DNA of 64,000 nucleotides from positions 8,738 through 72,737 of the forward strand of contig CAUJDH010000030.1 of the NCBI GenBank assembly GCA_963169225.1, in the 5' to 3' direction. Shown piece after piece: positions 46,648-54,543 of this stretch. The notes below the pieces were generated by a model. It saw only the letters and a program-made list of their open reading frames with translations. It ran no database searches and was not told the DNA's origin. The stretch is from Actinomycetota bacterium (GTDB taxonomy: Bacteria; Actinomycetota; Actinomycetes; S36-B12; UBA10799). Positions within the stretch are counted from its first letter, which is position 1. The number at the start of each line of letters is the position of its first letter. Position numbers and translations under genes: made by a program.

Positions 46648-46661
46648 GTCGCATATGCGAC
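46648..46661. repeat. Perfect 14-bp palindrome GTCGCATATGCGAC abutting the SD of the HTH/AKKA gene
   Basis: Read directly. It is followed immediately by GGAGGAG and then the ATG at 46677. Confidence 0.9.
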
Positions 46662-46676
46662 GGAGGAGTAAACACA

Positions 46677-47162
46677 ATGGCAAAACTCAAGGACGATCTC
46701 AAGGACGAAATCTCCAAAGGAAAGCGCGTAATTGGTCGTGAGCGTGACAAGCTTGCTGCTGAGCTCAAGCGTCGCTACAAGGGCGGTGCAAGCATCCGTG
46801 AGCTGTCCGAGTTGTACGGTCGCTCGTACGGATTTATCCATCGTGTTCTCACCGAGTCGGGTGCGAAGGTTCGCAGTCGCGGAGGCGCTACTCGCGCGGA
46901 CGTCAAGGCTGCTGCAAATCGCGCAAGCGATCGAGCCAAGACCACTGCTCAGAAGGTGAAGAAGACTGCGGCAAAGAAGGCTCCTGCTAAGAAGACTGCC
47001 GCGAAGAAGACCACTGCTAAGAAGGCAGCTCCTGCCAAGAAGGCGCCAGCTAAGAAGGTCACGAAGAAGGCACCTGCTAAGAAGACTGCCGCGAAGAAGA
47101 CCACAGCTAAAAAGGCTCCCGCCAAGAAGTCGGCTGCCAAGAAGACTGCAAAGAAGAAGTAA
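46677..47162 (+). CDS. Small HTH protein fused to a lysine/alanine-rich histone-H1-like tail
   Basis: The N-terminal roughly 70 aa (RRYKGGASIRELSELYGRSYGFIHRVLTESGAKVRSRGG) look like the small conserved actinobacterial HTH domain. The C-terminal roughly 70 aa are AAKKAPAKKTAAKKTTAKK... repeats. Confidence 0.75.
   Translation: MAKLKDDLKDEISKGKRVIGRERDKLAAELKRRYKGGASIRELSELYGRSYGFIHRVLTESGAKVRSRGGATRADVKAAANRASDRAKTTAQKVKKTAAKKAPAKKTAAKKTTAKKAAPAKKAPAKKVTKKAPAKKTAAKKTTAKKAPAKKSAAKKTAKKK
46951..47159 (+). repeat. In-frame coding tandem repeats (AKKx units; near-identical ~50-bp copies 90 bp apart)
   Basis: 46975..47025 and 47065..47115 differ at only about 3 positions by eye (gaaggc[t/a]cctgctaagaagactgccgcgaagaagaccac...). 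Shorter aag-aag periodic units run throughout. Confidence 0.85.
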
Positions 47163-47163
47163 C

Positions 47164-47988
47164 TTGTCGAACGAAACAGTTGCCAGCCTCGAGTTAGACC
47201 ACGAACTACTCGAGGCTGGCAACATCGACGTTGAGAGCCAAACTGATTCGATCGTTGTCGCTCGGCTCGCACGTCCCGATGCGAAAAATGCCCAAACACC
47301 GGCAACCTGGCGCGCACTTGCGCACGTAGCTAGCGCAATTGGCGAGTCGAGTACTGTCCGTGCCGTGATCTTGGCCGGGTCTGGTCAATCGTTCTCGGCC
47401 GGTCTCGATAGGCGGATGTTCGGTGAGGGAATCGAGGGGGAGATCCCGCTAGCTGCGATGTCCTCGATGGACCTCGAAGAATTCCATTCCGTTATCGGTG
47501 AGTATCAGCAGGCTTTTGTTCGATGGCGAAACCTGCCTCAAGTTGTCGTTGCGGCCGTGCAAGGGTATGCAATCGGAGCTGGGTTCCAGCTAGCACTCGG
47601 AGCCGACATTATCGTTGTGGGCGATGACGTCAAGTTCTCGATGAAAGAGACTCAGCTTGGCTTGATTCCTGACCTGGGTGGCACCAAGCCTTTGGTCGAC
47701 GCTGTCGGATACCAAGCCGCACTAGAAATGTGCCTGACCGGTCGTTGGATCGAAGCCGAAGAAGCAGTCGCTAGCGGAATCGCGCTCAAGTCAGTGCCGA
47801 CCGACCAGCTTGCTGACGAGGTGAATGCCTTGACTGCGACTTTGATCAGCTCGATGCCAGGAGCCCAGTTCGAGACGAAGGCGCTGCTCGCCGGTTACGC
47901 CGCGAAGGGTGATTCGGATCAGCATTCCCGCGAGCGCGAGGCGCAGAACCGTAGAATCAGGGAATTAGCTGCGCTGATCTCCGGTTAA
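47164..47988 (+). CDS. Enoyl-CoA hydratase/isomerase (crotonase) family protein
   Basis: Motifs VILAGSGQSFSAGLD and AAVQGYAIGAGFQLALGADI. The TTG start lies 1 nt after the upstream stop. Confidence 0.8.
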   Translation: MSNETVASLELDHELLEAGNIDVESQTDSIVVARLARPDAKNAQTPATWRALAHVASAIGESSTVRAVILAGSGQSFSAGLDRRMFGEGIEGEIPLAAMSSMDLEEFHSVIGEYQQAFVRWRNLPQVVVAAVQGYAIGAGFQLALGADIIVVGDDVKFSMKETQLGLIPDLGGTKPLVDAVGYQAALEMCLTGRWIEAEEAVASGIALKSVPTDQLADEVNALTATLISSMPGAQFETKALLAGYAAKGDSDQHSREREAQNRRIRELAALISG

Positions 47989-48081
47989 TCAAATTGGTTG
48001 GTTAATCAATCAGCTATGCCAATCGTCCTGGCTAGCAGCTTTTGCACAATGTTTTCGTGTCTGATTCAAGGGGTGAGTTGA

Positions 48082-49944
48082 TTGTCGAGTGCTGGGCATT
48101 GGGGAACACTTCGTAGCCTCAGTCGCGACTCGTCGGTCAAAGACTCCAAGCTCGCCCCGGGGACCGTTAAGCGTGTCATCAGCTATGCGAGCCCATACCG
48201 ACGAATCATCGTGCTGTTTGTTGCGGTGTTGGTTGTGGAGTCCATTCTCGTAGTGGCGCAGCCGCTACTCTTTCGGCGAATCGTTGACCAAGGCATAACT
48301 CCAGGCAATGCCTCGCTCGTGACATGGACGGCCGTATTGATTGCCATAATCGCAATCTTCGATGCGATCCTCAGCCTGGTGGAGCGTTACTGGTCGGCAC
48401 AGATCGGTGAAGGCCTGATCTTCCAACTGCGTACTCAGGTGTTTACTCACGTTCAAGAACAGTCCATCGCCTTCTTTACGAGGGCTCAAACAGGTGCATT
48501 AGTCTCTAGGCTTAACAACGATGTGATCGGGGCGCAGCAAGCGTTCACCTCGACACTGTCTGGCGTATTAGGCAATCTGATTAGTGTCGGCATTGTGCTA
48601 GTCACTATGTTCTTGCTGTCGTGGCAAATCACCCTGATCGTGCTGATCTTGTTCCCGATCTTTCTACTGCCAGCTAAGTACATGGGCCGTCGGCTGCAGT
48701 TGCTCACGCGCGACCAAATGGAAATGAATGCCCATATGGGTATCCAAATGACAGAGCGCTTCAATGTGGCAGGTGCTCTGCTGGTGAAGCTCTTTGGTCG
48801 TCCCAACGAGGAAGATGCCAAGTTTGCAGCCGCGTCTGCCAACGTTCGTGACATTGGTATTCGGATCGCGATGTCGAACCGGTACTTCTTTACTGCTCTC
48901 ACTTTGGTGGGGGCGTTGGCAACGGCGATCGTGTATGGAATCGGTGGCAACTTTGTCATCGGTGGGACTATGACGCTAGGAACCCTGCTAGCGCTCGCAG
49001 CCCTAATGGCGATGCTCTACGGACCGTTGACCGCACTGTCCAATGTGCGGGTTGAAGTCATGACGGCACTTGTCAGCTTTGAACGCGTATTTGAGGTGCT
49101 CGACCTTGTTCCGCAACCGCAAGACAAGCCCGATGCGCGTGAACTCCCAAACAATCCGCGAGATATTCACTTTGAGGATGTCAGGTTCCGATACCCAACT
49201 CCTGACGAAGTGTCGTTGGCGTCGCTTGAGGCAGTAGCGAGGACCGAAGAAGTCCCATCGGGGGAGATTCTCAAGGGCGTCGATTTCTCGGTGCCAGCAG
49301 GACACATGGTTGCCTTGGTCGGACCCAGCGGTGCAGGTAAGACAACGATCACTCAGCTCGTACCGCGACTCTATGACGTGGAGAGCGGGTCAGTATCGGT
49401 ATCAGGTGTAGACGTGCGCGATGTTCAGATGAGCTCTTTGCGTGACAATATTGGCGTCGTCACCCAAGAGGCACACCTGTTCCACGACACGATTCGTGAG
49501 AACTTACTCTTCGCGAGACCCGGTGCAACTGACGATGAATTATGGGATGCCTGTGAGCAGGCGCAAATAGCTAATCTGATTCGATCTCTGCCCACAGGAC
49601 TCGAGACCGTCGTTGGTGACCGTGGACATCGCTTATCAGGTGGAGAGAAGCAGCGCCTCGCGATCGCGCGCTTGCTTCTTAAAGACCCAGACATCGTGGT
49701 GCTCGATGAGGCGACCGCGCACCTCGATAGCGAGAATGAACGTGCAGTACAGGCGGCATTGTCGACAACCCTTGAAGGTCGTACCTCGCTCGTGATTGCC
49801 CATCGATTGTCCACAATTCGTAAGGCAGACCAGATCCTAGTGGTCGACCAAGGAACGATTATCGAACGTGGCACTCATGAAGAACTCATGGCGCTCGACG
49901 GCAGTTACCGTCAGCTCGTCGAGGTTCAAGCGCTGAGTGAATAG
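48082..49944 (+). CDS. ABC exporter, fused permease/ATPase (MsbA/MDR-like)
   Basis: 620 aa with a six-TM N-terminal half, then GPSGAGKTT, LSGGEKQRLAIAR, VVLDEATAHLD. Confidence 0.88.
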   Translation: MSSAGHWGTLRSLSRDSSVKDSKLAPGTVKRVISYASPYRRIIVLFVAVLVVESILVVAQPLLFRRIVDQGITPGNASLVTWTAVLIAIIAIFDAILSLVERYWSAQIGEGLIFQLRTQVFTHVQEQSIAFFTRAQTGALVSRLNNDVIGAQQAFTSTLSGVLGNLISVGIVLVTMFLLSWQITLIVLILFPIFLLPAKYMGRRLQLLTRDQMEMNAHMGIQMTERFNVAGALLVKLFGRPNEEDAKFAAASANVRDIGIRIAMSNRYFFTALTLVGALATAIVYGIGGNFVIGGTMTLGTLLALAALMAMLYGPLTALSNVRVEVMTALVSFERVFEVLDLVPQPQDKPDARELPNNPRDIHFEDVRFRYPTPDEVSLASLEAVARTEEVPSGEILKGVDFSVPAGHMVALVGPSGAGKTTITQLVPRLYDVESGSVSVSGVDVRDVQMSSLRDNIGVVTQEAHLFHDTIRENLLFARPGATDDELWDACEQAQIANLIRSLPTGLETVVGDRGHRLSGGEKQRLAIARLLLKDPDIVVLDEATAHLDSENERAVQAALSTTLEGRTSLVIAHRLSTIRKADQILVVDQGTIIERGTHEELMALDGSYRQLVEVQALSE

Positions 49945-49993
49945 CGGTTAGGGCTAATCCAACAAGCGCCTTAGTGGCCAAACGGTCGCTTGC

Positions 49994-50764
49994 TCAGGTG
50001 GTCAAACCACCGTCGATCGGAATCATGGCGCCGGTGATGTAGGAACTGGCAGGCGATAGAAAGAAGGCAGCTGCTTTACCAAACTCGTCCGGTTCGCCGT
50101 AACGTCCGAGAGGAATTGACTCCTCGTTGCGCTTGCGTACGTCATCTGGTGAGCCGGACCGGGCATCCAAGGCAAAAGTGCGATCAGTGGCGAAGCGCCC
50201 AGGCAGGAGCCCATTTATTCGAATGCCGCGCGGGCCGAGCTCTCGAGCAAAATCTTGGAGAGCTGAGGCAAGGCCGGGGCGCAAACCGTTCGAGATGCTC
50301 AAACCAGGAATTGGTCTGATAACTGAGCTCGAAAGCACAGCCACGATTGAAGCACCGCCAGGAGCGGGTGTGGCTGGATCAATCGTATTGGAGACGGCTT
50401 GAACAACCCGGAGTGCACCAAGGAAGATACTGGAGAACGACTCTGACCATTCTGCGTCAGTCGTAGATATCGCCGTAGTGGCCGGCGGGCCACCCACGCT
50501 AATGACGGCACCGTCGAGTCGTCCAAATCGAGCCATGGCCGTTGCAGCTAGTTGATTGGCAGCATCAGGACTCGCCATATCGGAGGGAAAAGCGATGGCG
50601 CGCTCGGCGTCTAGCTCGGCTGCTGCTTGGGCACAACGATCAGCGTCCCGGCCAGATATGACCACCCGTGCGCCTTGAGAGATGAGCTCTTTGGCACAAC
50701 TGAATCCCAAACCACGGGAGCCGCCGGTAACGACAAATACCCTGTCTTCAAGCTCCAAGTCCAC
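49994..50764 (-). CDS. SDR-family oxidoreductase
   Basis: VVTGGSRGLGFSCAKEL glycine-rich motif in a 256-aa SDR-like layout. Confidence 0.75.
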   Translation of the reverse strand: MDLELEDRVFVVTGGSRGLGFSCAKELISQGARVVISGRDADRCAQAAAELDAERAIAFPSDMASPDAANQLAATAMARFGRLDGAVISVGGPPATTAISTTDAEWSESFSSIFLGALRVVQAVSNTIDPATPAPGGASIVAVLSSSVIRPIPGLSISNGLRPGLASALQDFARELGPRGIRINGLLPGRFATDRTFALDARSGSPDDVRKRNEESIPLGRYGEPDEFGKAAAFFLSPASSYITGAMIPIDGGLTT

Positions 50765-50833
50765 GTACCTATGGTGCCCGTTCTAGGTCAGCGTTGCTGG
50801 AAATGTAACTCCTGGAAACCGGACAAGTATTCG

Positions 50834-51601
50834 CTATTCAGTGCTCTCGCCCTCGTCCTGGTATCGAGCCTCACGCCGAACCAAGATCACGATACCCACG
50901 ATCAGGACAATGGCGAACGCGATCCATTGCAGGGCATATGACAAGTGTGGCCCACTATCGATTTCGGGTTCGGGCATCACCGTGATGTCGCCAGTCTGTG
51001 GTGGGTTGGAAGCTTGCAGATTGATGTAGAGCGGAGCGACTTTGGATCCGGTTGGCAAAGTCAGTTCTGTCGGATTGACGCTTAAGATTTGCTTGTCCGG
51101 AAGATCGTCCGGAAGTTGCTCCGCAACCTGCATGTCTTGGAGCCTTCCAGTAATCGTGACTTGACCAGACGGCGCTTCGGGAACCTGTAGCGGTGCATTT
51201 GGATTGGTCGCAGGCGGCACCCAACCTCGGTTAACCAGCACGACGGTGGTGCCATCGGCGAGGGCTTGATCAAGCTTCAAAGGGGTCACGACCCAGAATC
51301 CAACTTTGCCCTGCATGGGCTTCTTACGGACCAACGCTTGGCTTTCGGTCAAATAGGTCCCAGACGCAGTAACTTGGCGCCATTGCGCGGTTGTGCCGCT
51401 CGCAGGAGGCTCTGCCAGCACCTCGTTTAGCGGGGCGGTTGGTTGCGAGATCGTTCGCTCAACTACCGCGTTGGCGTCATTTCGACCGTCGTAACGTTCA
51501 CGTTGCCATTCCGAAAGGTAGAAAAACAGCACCACAAGTACCGGGACGAGGATCATCAGGAAGATCCACCGAGGCTTCCGGAGGAATTGGTACATGGTCA
51601 C
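50834..51601 (-). CDS. SURF1-family cytochrome oxidase assembly protein
   Basis: N- and C-terminal TM segments flank a periplasmic domain. Motifs LSEWQRERY, VLVNRGWVP, GPHLSYALQW. Confidence 0.8.
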   Translation of the reverse strand: MTMYQFLRKPRWIFLMILVPVLVVLFFYLSEWQRERYDGRNDANAVVERTISQPTAPLNEVLAEPPASGTTAQWRQVTASGTYLTESQALVRKKPMQGKVGFWVVTPLKLDQALADGTTVVLVNRGWVPPATNPNAPLQVPEAPSGQVTITGRLQDMQVAEQLPDDLPDKQILSVNPTELTLPTGSKVAPLYINLQASNPPQTGDITVMPEPEIDSGPHLSYALQWIAFAIVLIVGIVILVRREARYQDEGESTE

Positions 51602-51639
51602 ACACTAATTGAGGCTGTCGACAGGTCTGGTAGGTATGG

Positions 51640-52026
51640 TCATTCGGCGCGTTTGCTCGCTTCGTCACAAGCCTTGAGAAACGATTCAGCATCGGTCAGT
51701 TGTGCAGTCTGATTGACGATAAATGGAGGGATCTCGTCTGGTTCGGTTTTGCGTACTGGCGAGTTGGCTAAGACAACCGCGATATAGGGAAGCCCGATTG
51801 CGCACGCTACGAAGACCCAGCGCAGCGGGCCAGTCGTCACTATGGCGCCGATGAAGCACAAAGTTCTAATTCCCATTGAGATCAGGTATCGCCTAGTTCG
51901 TGCTTGGCGCTCAAGTTTGGCAGACTCTGGTGCCGAAGTGATTCGGTAGACCTGGTCGTCGTCGGAACGACCTCGAGCGAAACGTTCGCCCTTTGCGTCC
52001 CCGCTATTTGGATCACCTACCGCCAT
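51640..52026 (-). CDS. DUF3099-like small membrane protein
   Basis: YRITSAPESAKLERQARTRRYLISMGIRTLCFIGAIV pattern. I prefer the ATG at 52026. The maximal ORF start at 52131 would overlap the divergent dodecin gene. Confidence 0.6.
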   Translation of the reverse strand: MAVGDPNSGDAKGERFARGRSDDDQVYRITSAPESAKLERQARTRRYLISMGIRTLCFIGAIVTTGPLRWVFVACAIGLPYIAVVLANSPVRKTEPDEIPPFIVNQTAQLTDAESFLKACDEASKRAE

Positions 52027-52085
52027 ATTGCCACCATAGACCTGTTCTAGGACCTTGTGAAGCTGCTGAGGTGTAAGTTTGGGGT

Positions 52086-52295
52086 ATGGCAAATCGAAGC
52101 TACGGACTTTTGGAAATCGTCGGAACCTCAACTGATAGCAGTGATGATGCGGTCCGCAACGCTGTTGAGCGTGCGGCCAAAGACACTCGGCACATTGATT
52201 GGTTCCAGGTCATTGAAACTCGAGGCTACGTCAAGGATGACGTGGTCCATCACTTTCAGGTGACTGTGAAAATCGGTTACCGACTCGAAGACTAG
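52086..52295 (+). CDS. Dodecin-family flavin-binding protein
   Basis: 69 aa: YGLLEIVGTSTDSSDDAVRNAVERAAKDTRHIDWFQVIETRGYV...HFQVTVKIGYRLE. Confidence 0.85.
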   Translation: MANRSYGLLEIVGTSTDSSDDAVRNAVERAAKDTRHIDWFQVIETRGYVKDDVVHHFQVTVKIGYRLED

Positions 52296-52313
52296 CGAGG
52301 TGGGCGCTCCACA

Positions 52314-53045
52314 TTAGTCGGTGTTGTCAGCCTCTTTGGCTTCTGCTTCAAGCTTGGGGTCTGGCGCTTCGGCCTTAGAGCCTAGATTACCGAGTCGCGC
52401 AATCGATCCCAAGAAGAACAGTCCGAACAGCCCCCAAAGCGTACCGCCACCCAGGAACGGAGCAAGGCAAGCCAAAATCAAGATGTAGATGGCAGCCGCT
52501 AATCCGAATACCCAGCTGTTGGTGTACCAAGCGCGTTCCGGATCGCGAAGTTCTGGGTACTTTTCTATATGGTATTCCATAAGGAACATCGCCAAATTGG
52601 TTATAAACAGAACAAGTAGGTATAGGCATACGATTTCGCCAGAGGGACCTGCGTCGCTTTGGCCAAGCAGATTTGTCGGGAACGGCAGCACAACGATGGC
52701 GAAAAGCCACAGCATGTTGACGCGAATCGTAAAGTTGTCAACGTAGTTGAGTCGGTTGAAGAGTTTGTAGTGGTCAAACCAATAGGCGATGATCACAAGC
52801 CATGTAATAACAAAGCTGATCATCAGTTGCGAGTAAGTGTTCCAGATGTAACTGGCAACAGTGCCTGAGTCAATAACTTGCTGAGGTAACTCAATGTCAG
52901 CAAGCGGCAAAACCAACACCGTTATTGCTACTGCTACGACTCCGTCAGAGAGCGCAAGCACTCGTTCTGGTTTGTGTAGTTGTTCGAGGCTTAGGCGCTT
53001 GCGTGCCGAACGACTCTTGACGGTCTTGTCTCTAGCCATGATCAA
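52314..53045 (-). CDS. TMEM175/DUF1211-family putative K+ channel
   Basis: A six-TM protein with the signature RVLALSDGVVAVAITVLVLP (RxxxFSD-type helix 1). Confidence 0.7.
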   Translation of the reverse strand: MIMARDKTVKSRSARKRLSLEQLHKPERVLALSDGVVAVAITVLVLPLADIELPQQVIDSGTVASYIWNTYSQLMISFVITWLVIIAYWFDHYKLFNRLNYVDNFTIRVNMLWLFAIVVLPFPTNLLGQSDAGPSGEIVCLYLLVLFITNLAMFLMEYHIEKYPELRDPERAWYTNSWVFGLAAAIYILILACLAPFLGGGTLWGLFGLFFLGSIARLGNLGSKAEAPDPKLEAEAKEADNTD

Positions 53046-53067
53046 AGATTAGCCAGAAACGAGCGGC

Positions 53068-54303
53068 CTAGCCAACATTGGAGATTTCACTGTGAGGAAT
53101 TCCCAATAGGAACAGCACCGAATCCAGGTAAGGAACGTTGACTGCGGTGTCGGCTTGTTGGCGCACAATCGGCTTAGCGTTAAAGGCAATTCCGAGCCCA
53201 GCCAGTCCCAGCATGTCGAGGTCATTAGCGCCGTCGCCAATCGCAATCGTGTTCTCAATCGGGATGCCGATCTGTGCTGCGATCTCTCGCATAGCGGTGG
53301 CTTTACCTGGGCGATCAACGATCGGACCTTCAGTTTTGCCAGTGAGCTTGCCGTCAGCCACTTGCAATCGATTGGCTCGTACGTGACTAATTTGGAGTTC
53401 GCTCGCTACCGAATCCACGATCTCGTGGAAACCACCGCTCACCAGGGCAATCTCGTAACCCAATCGCTGGAGGGTAGTCACTAGCGTGCGTGCACCAGGA
53501 GTGAGGTTGATCGACTCGCGCACCTCATCTAGCGCGCTAACCGGAAGGCCCTCGAGTAATGCCACGCGCTCTGCAAGAGACTGGGCGAAGTCGATTTCGC
53601 CTCGCATGGCGCGAGTGGTGATCTGCTCTACCTCAGCCTCACATCCCGCATGACTGGCAATGAGTTCGATAACTTCCTCGCGAATAAATGTCGAGTCGAC
53701 ATCCATCACCACGAGTTTGCGTGACCGGCGCATAAGGTTGGCGTCTTGAACAGCCAAGTCAACGTCTGATTCGAGAGCCACCGAGGTGAGCTTCTCGCGT
53801 AGAACGCCTCTTTCGCTGCCAGAGATCTCCAGCTCCAAAGCGGTGACAGGGTAGTGCGAGACACGCGTGATGCGGTCGATGTTAGCGCCAACCGACGCGA
53901 CAGCGTCAGCGACTTTAGCCAGCGATTCAGACGTAAGTGGGTTGCCGATTACAGTCACCAGCAGGGGACTGTTACCTGCATGGCAGGTGTCCTCGACTCC
54001 GTGGGTGATGGTGCACTCGAGATCCAAGTCCTCTGCGGCTTGTTTGACGGCCTGTTCCAGTTGCGGGCGTTCTGCTGGCTCACAAGACGGCTTGTCGAGC
54101 AAAATGCCCAACGTCAGTTTGCCGCGGATCACCACTTGCTCAATGTCGAGCACGACCATGCCGGTTTTGGCCACAGCATGCAGGAGCGCAGAACTAACTC
54201 CGGGGCGGTCTTGGCCCGTTACCGTTATCAATGTGGTGGTGTCGAGAGCGATCTCGTGTTCTGAATGATCCATCAGTCCAACGCTATCGGTTGTTAGTGC
54301 CAA
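53068..54303 (-). CDS. serB: Phosphoserine phosphatase with tandem N-terminal ACT domains (SerB2-like)
   Basis: ACT-like LITVTGQDRPGVSSALL and LVTVIGNPLTS. HAD motifs VVMDVDSTFI and GDGANDLDML. An alternative start is the ATG at 54273. Confidence 0.9.
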   Translation of the reverse strand: MALTTDSVGLMDHSEHEIALDTTTLITVTGQDRPGVSSALLHAVAKTGMVVLDIEQVVIRGKLTLGILLDKPSCEPAERPQLEQAVKQAAEDLDLECTITHGVEDTCHAGNSPLLVTVIGNPLTSESLAKVADAVASVGANIDRITRVSHYPVTALELEISGSERGVLREKLTSVALESDVDLAVQDANLMRRSRKLVVMDVDSTFIREEVIELIASHAGCEAEVEQITTRAMRGEIDFAQSLAERVALLEGLPVSALDEVRESINLTPGARTLVTTLQRLGYEIALVSGGFHEIVDSVASELQISHVRANRLQVADGKLTGKTEGPIVDRPGKATAMREIAAQIGIPIENTIAIGDGANDLDMLGLAGLGIAFNAKPIVRQQADTAVNVPYLDSVLFLLGIPHSEISNVG

Positions 54304-54543
54304 AGCAGTGCTTTGGGATTGGCTAGCCGGCGTGTGTGGCTCTCAAGGACCAAAATAGGAGTCGAATGTGGACTATTAGTGGGTGGGGAAGTAAGATATT
54401 AGGAGCATCAAAGCGCAATACGGATGCTTGATTTTTCGTTCTGGGCCAATGAAGTCCCTGAACTCTACGGAATCGCTGAGCTAGTATCCCGACTCTTCGC
54501 CTCGTCGGGCCGATTCCTCCGCATTTTTCTTGGGAGATTTGCC

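Noticed and set aside
46951-47159. Periodic repeats considered as a CRISPR-like or satellite array
   Set aside because: The repeats are in frame within a coding region, encode AKKx peptide units, and have no spacer-repeat architecture.
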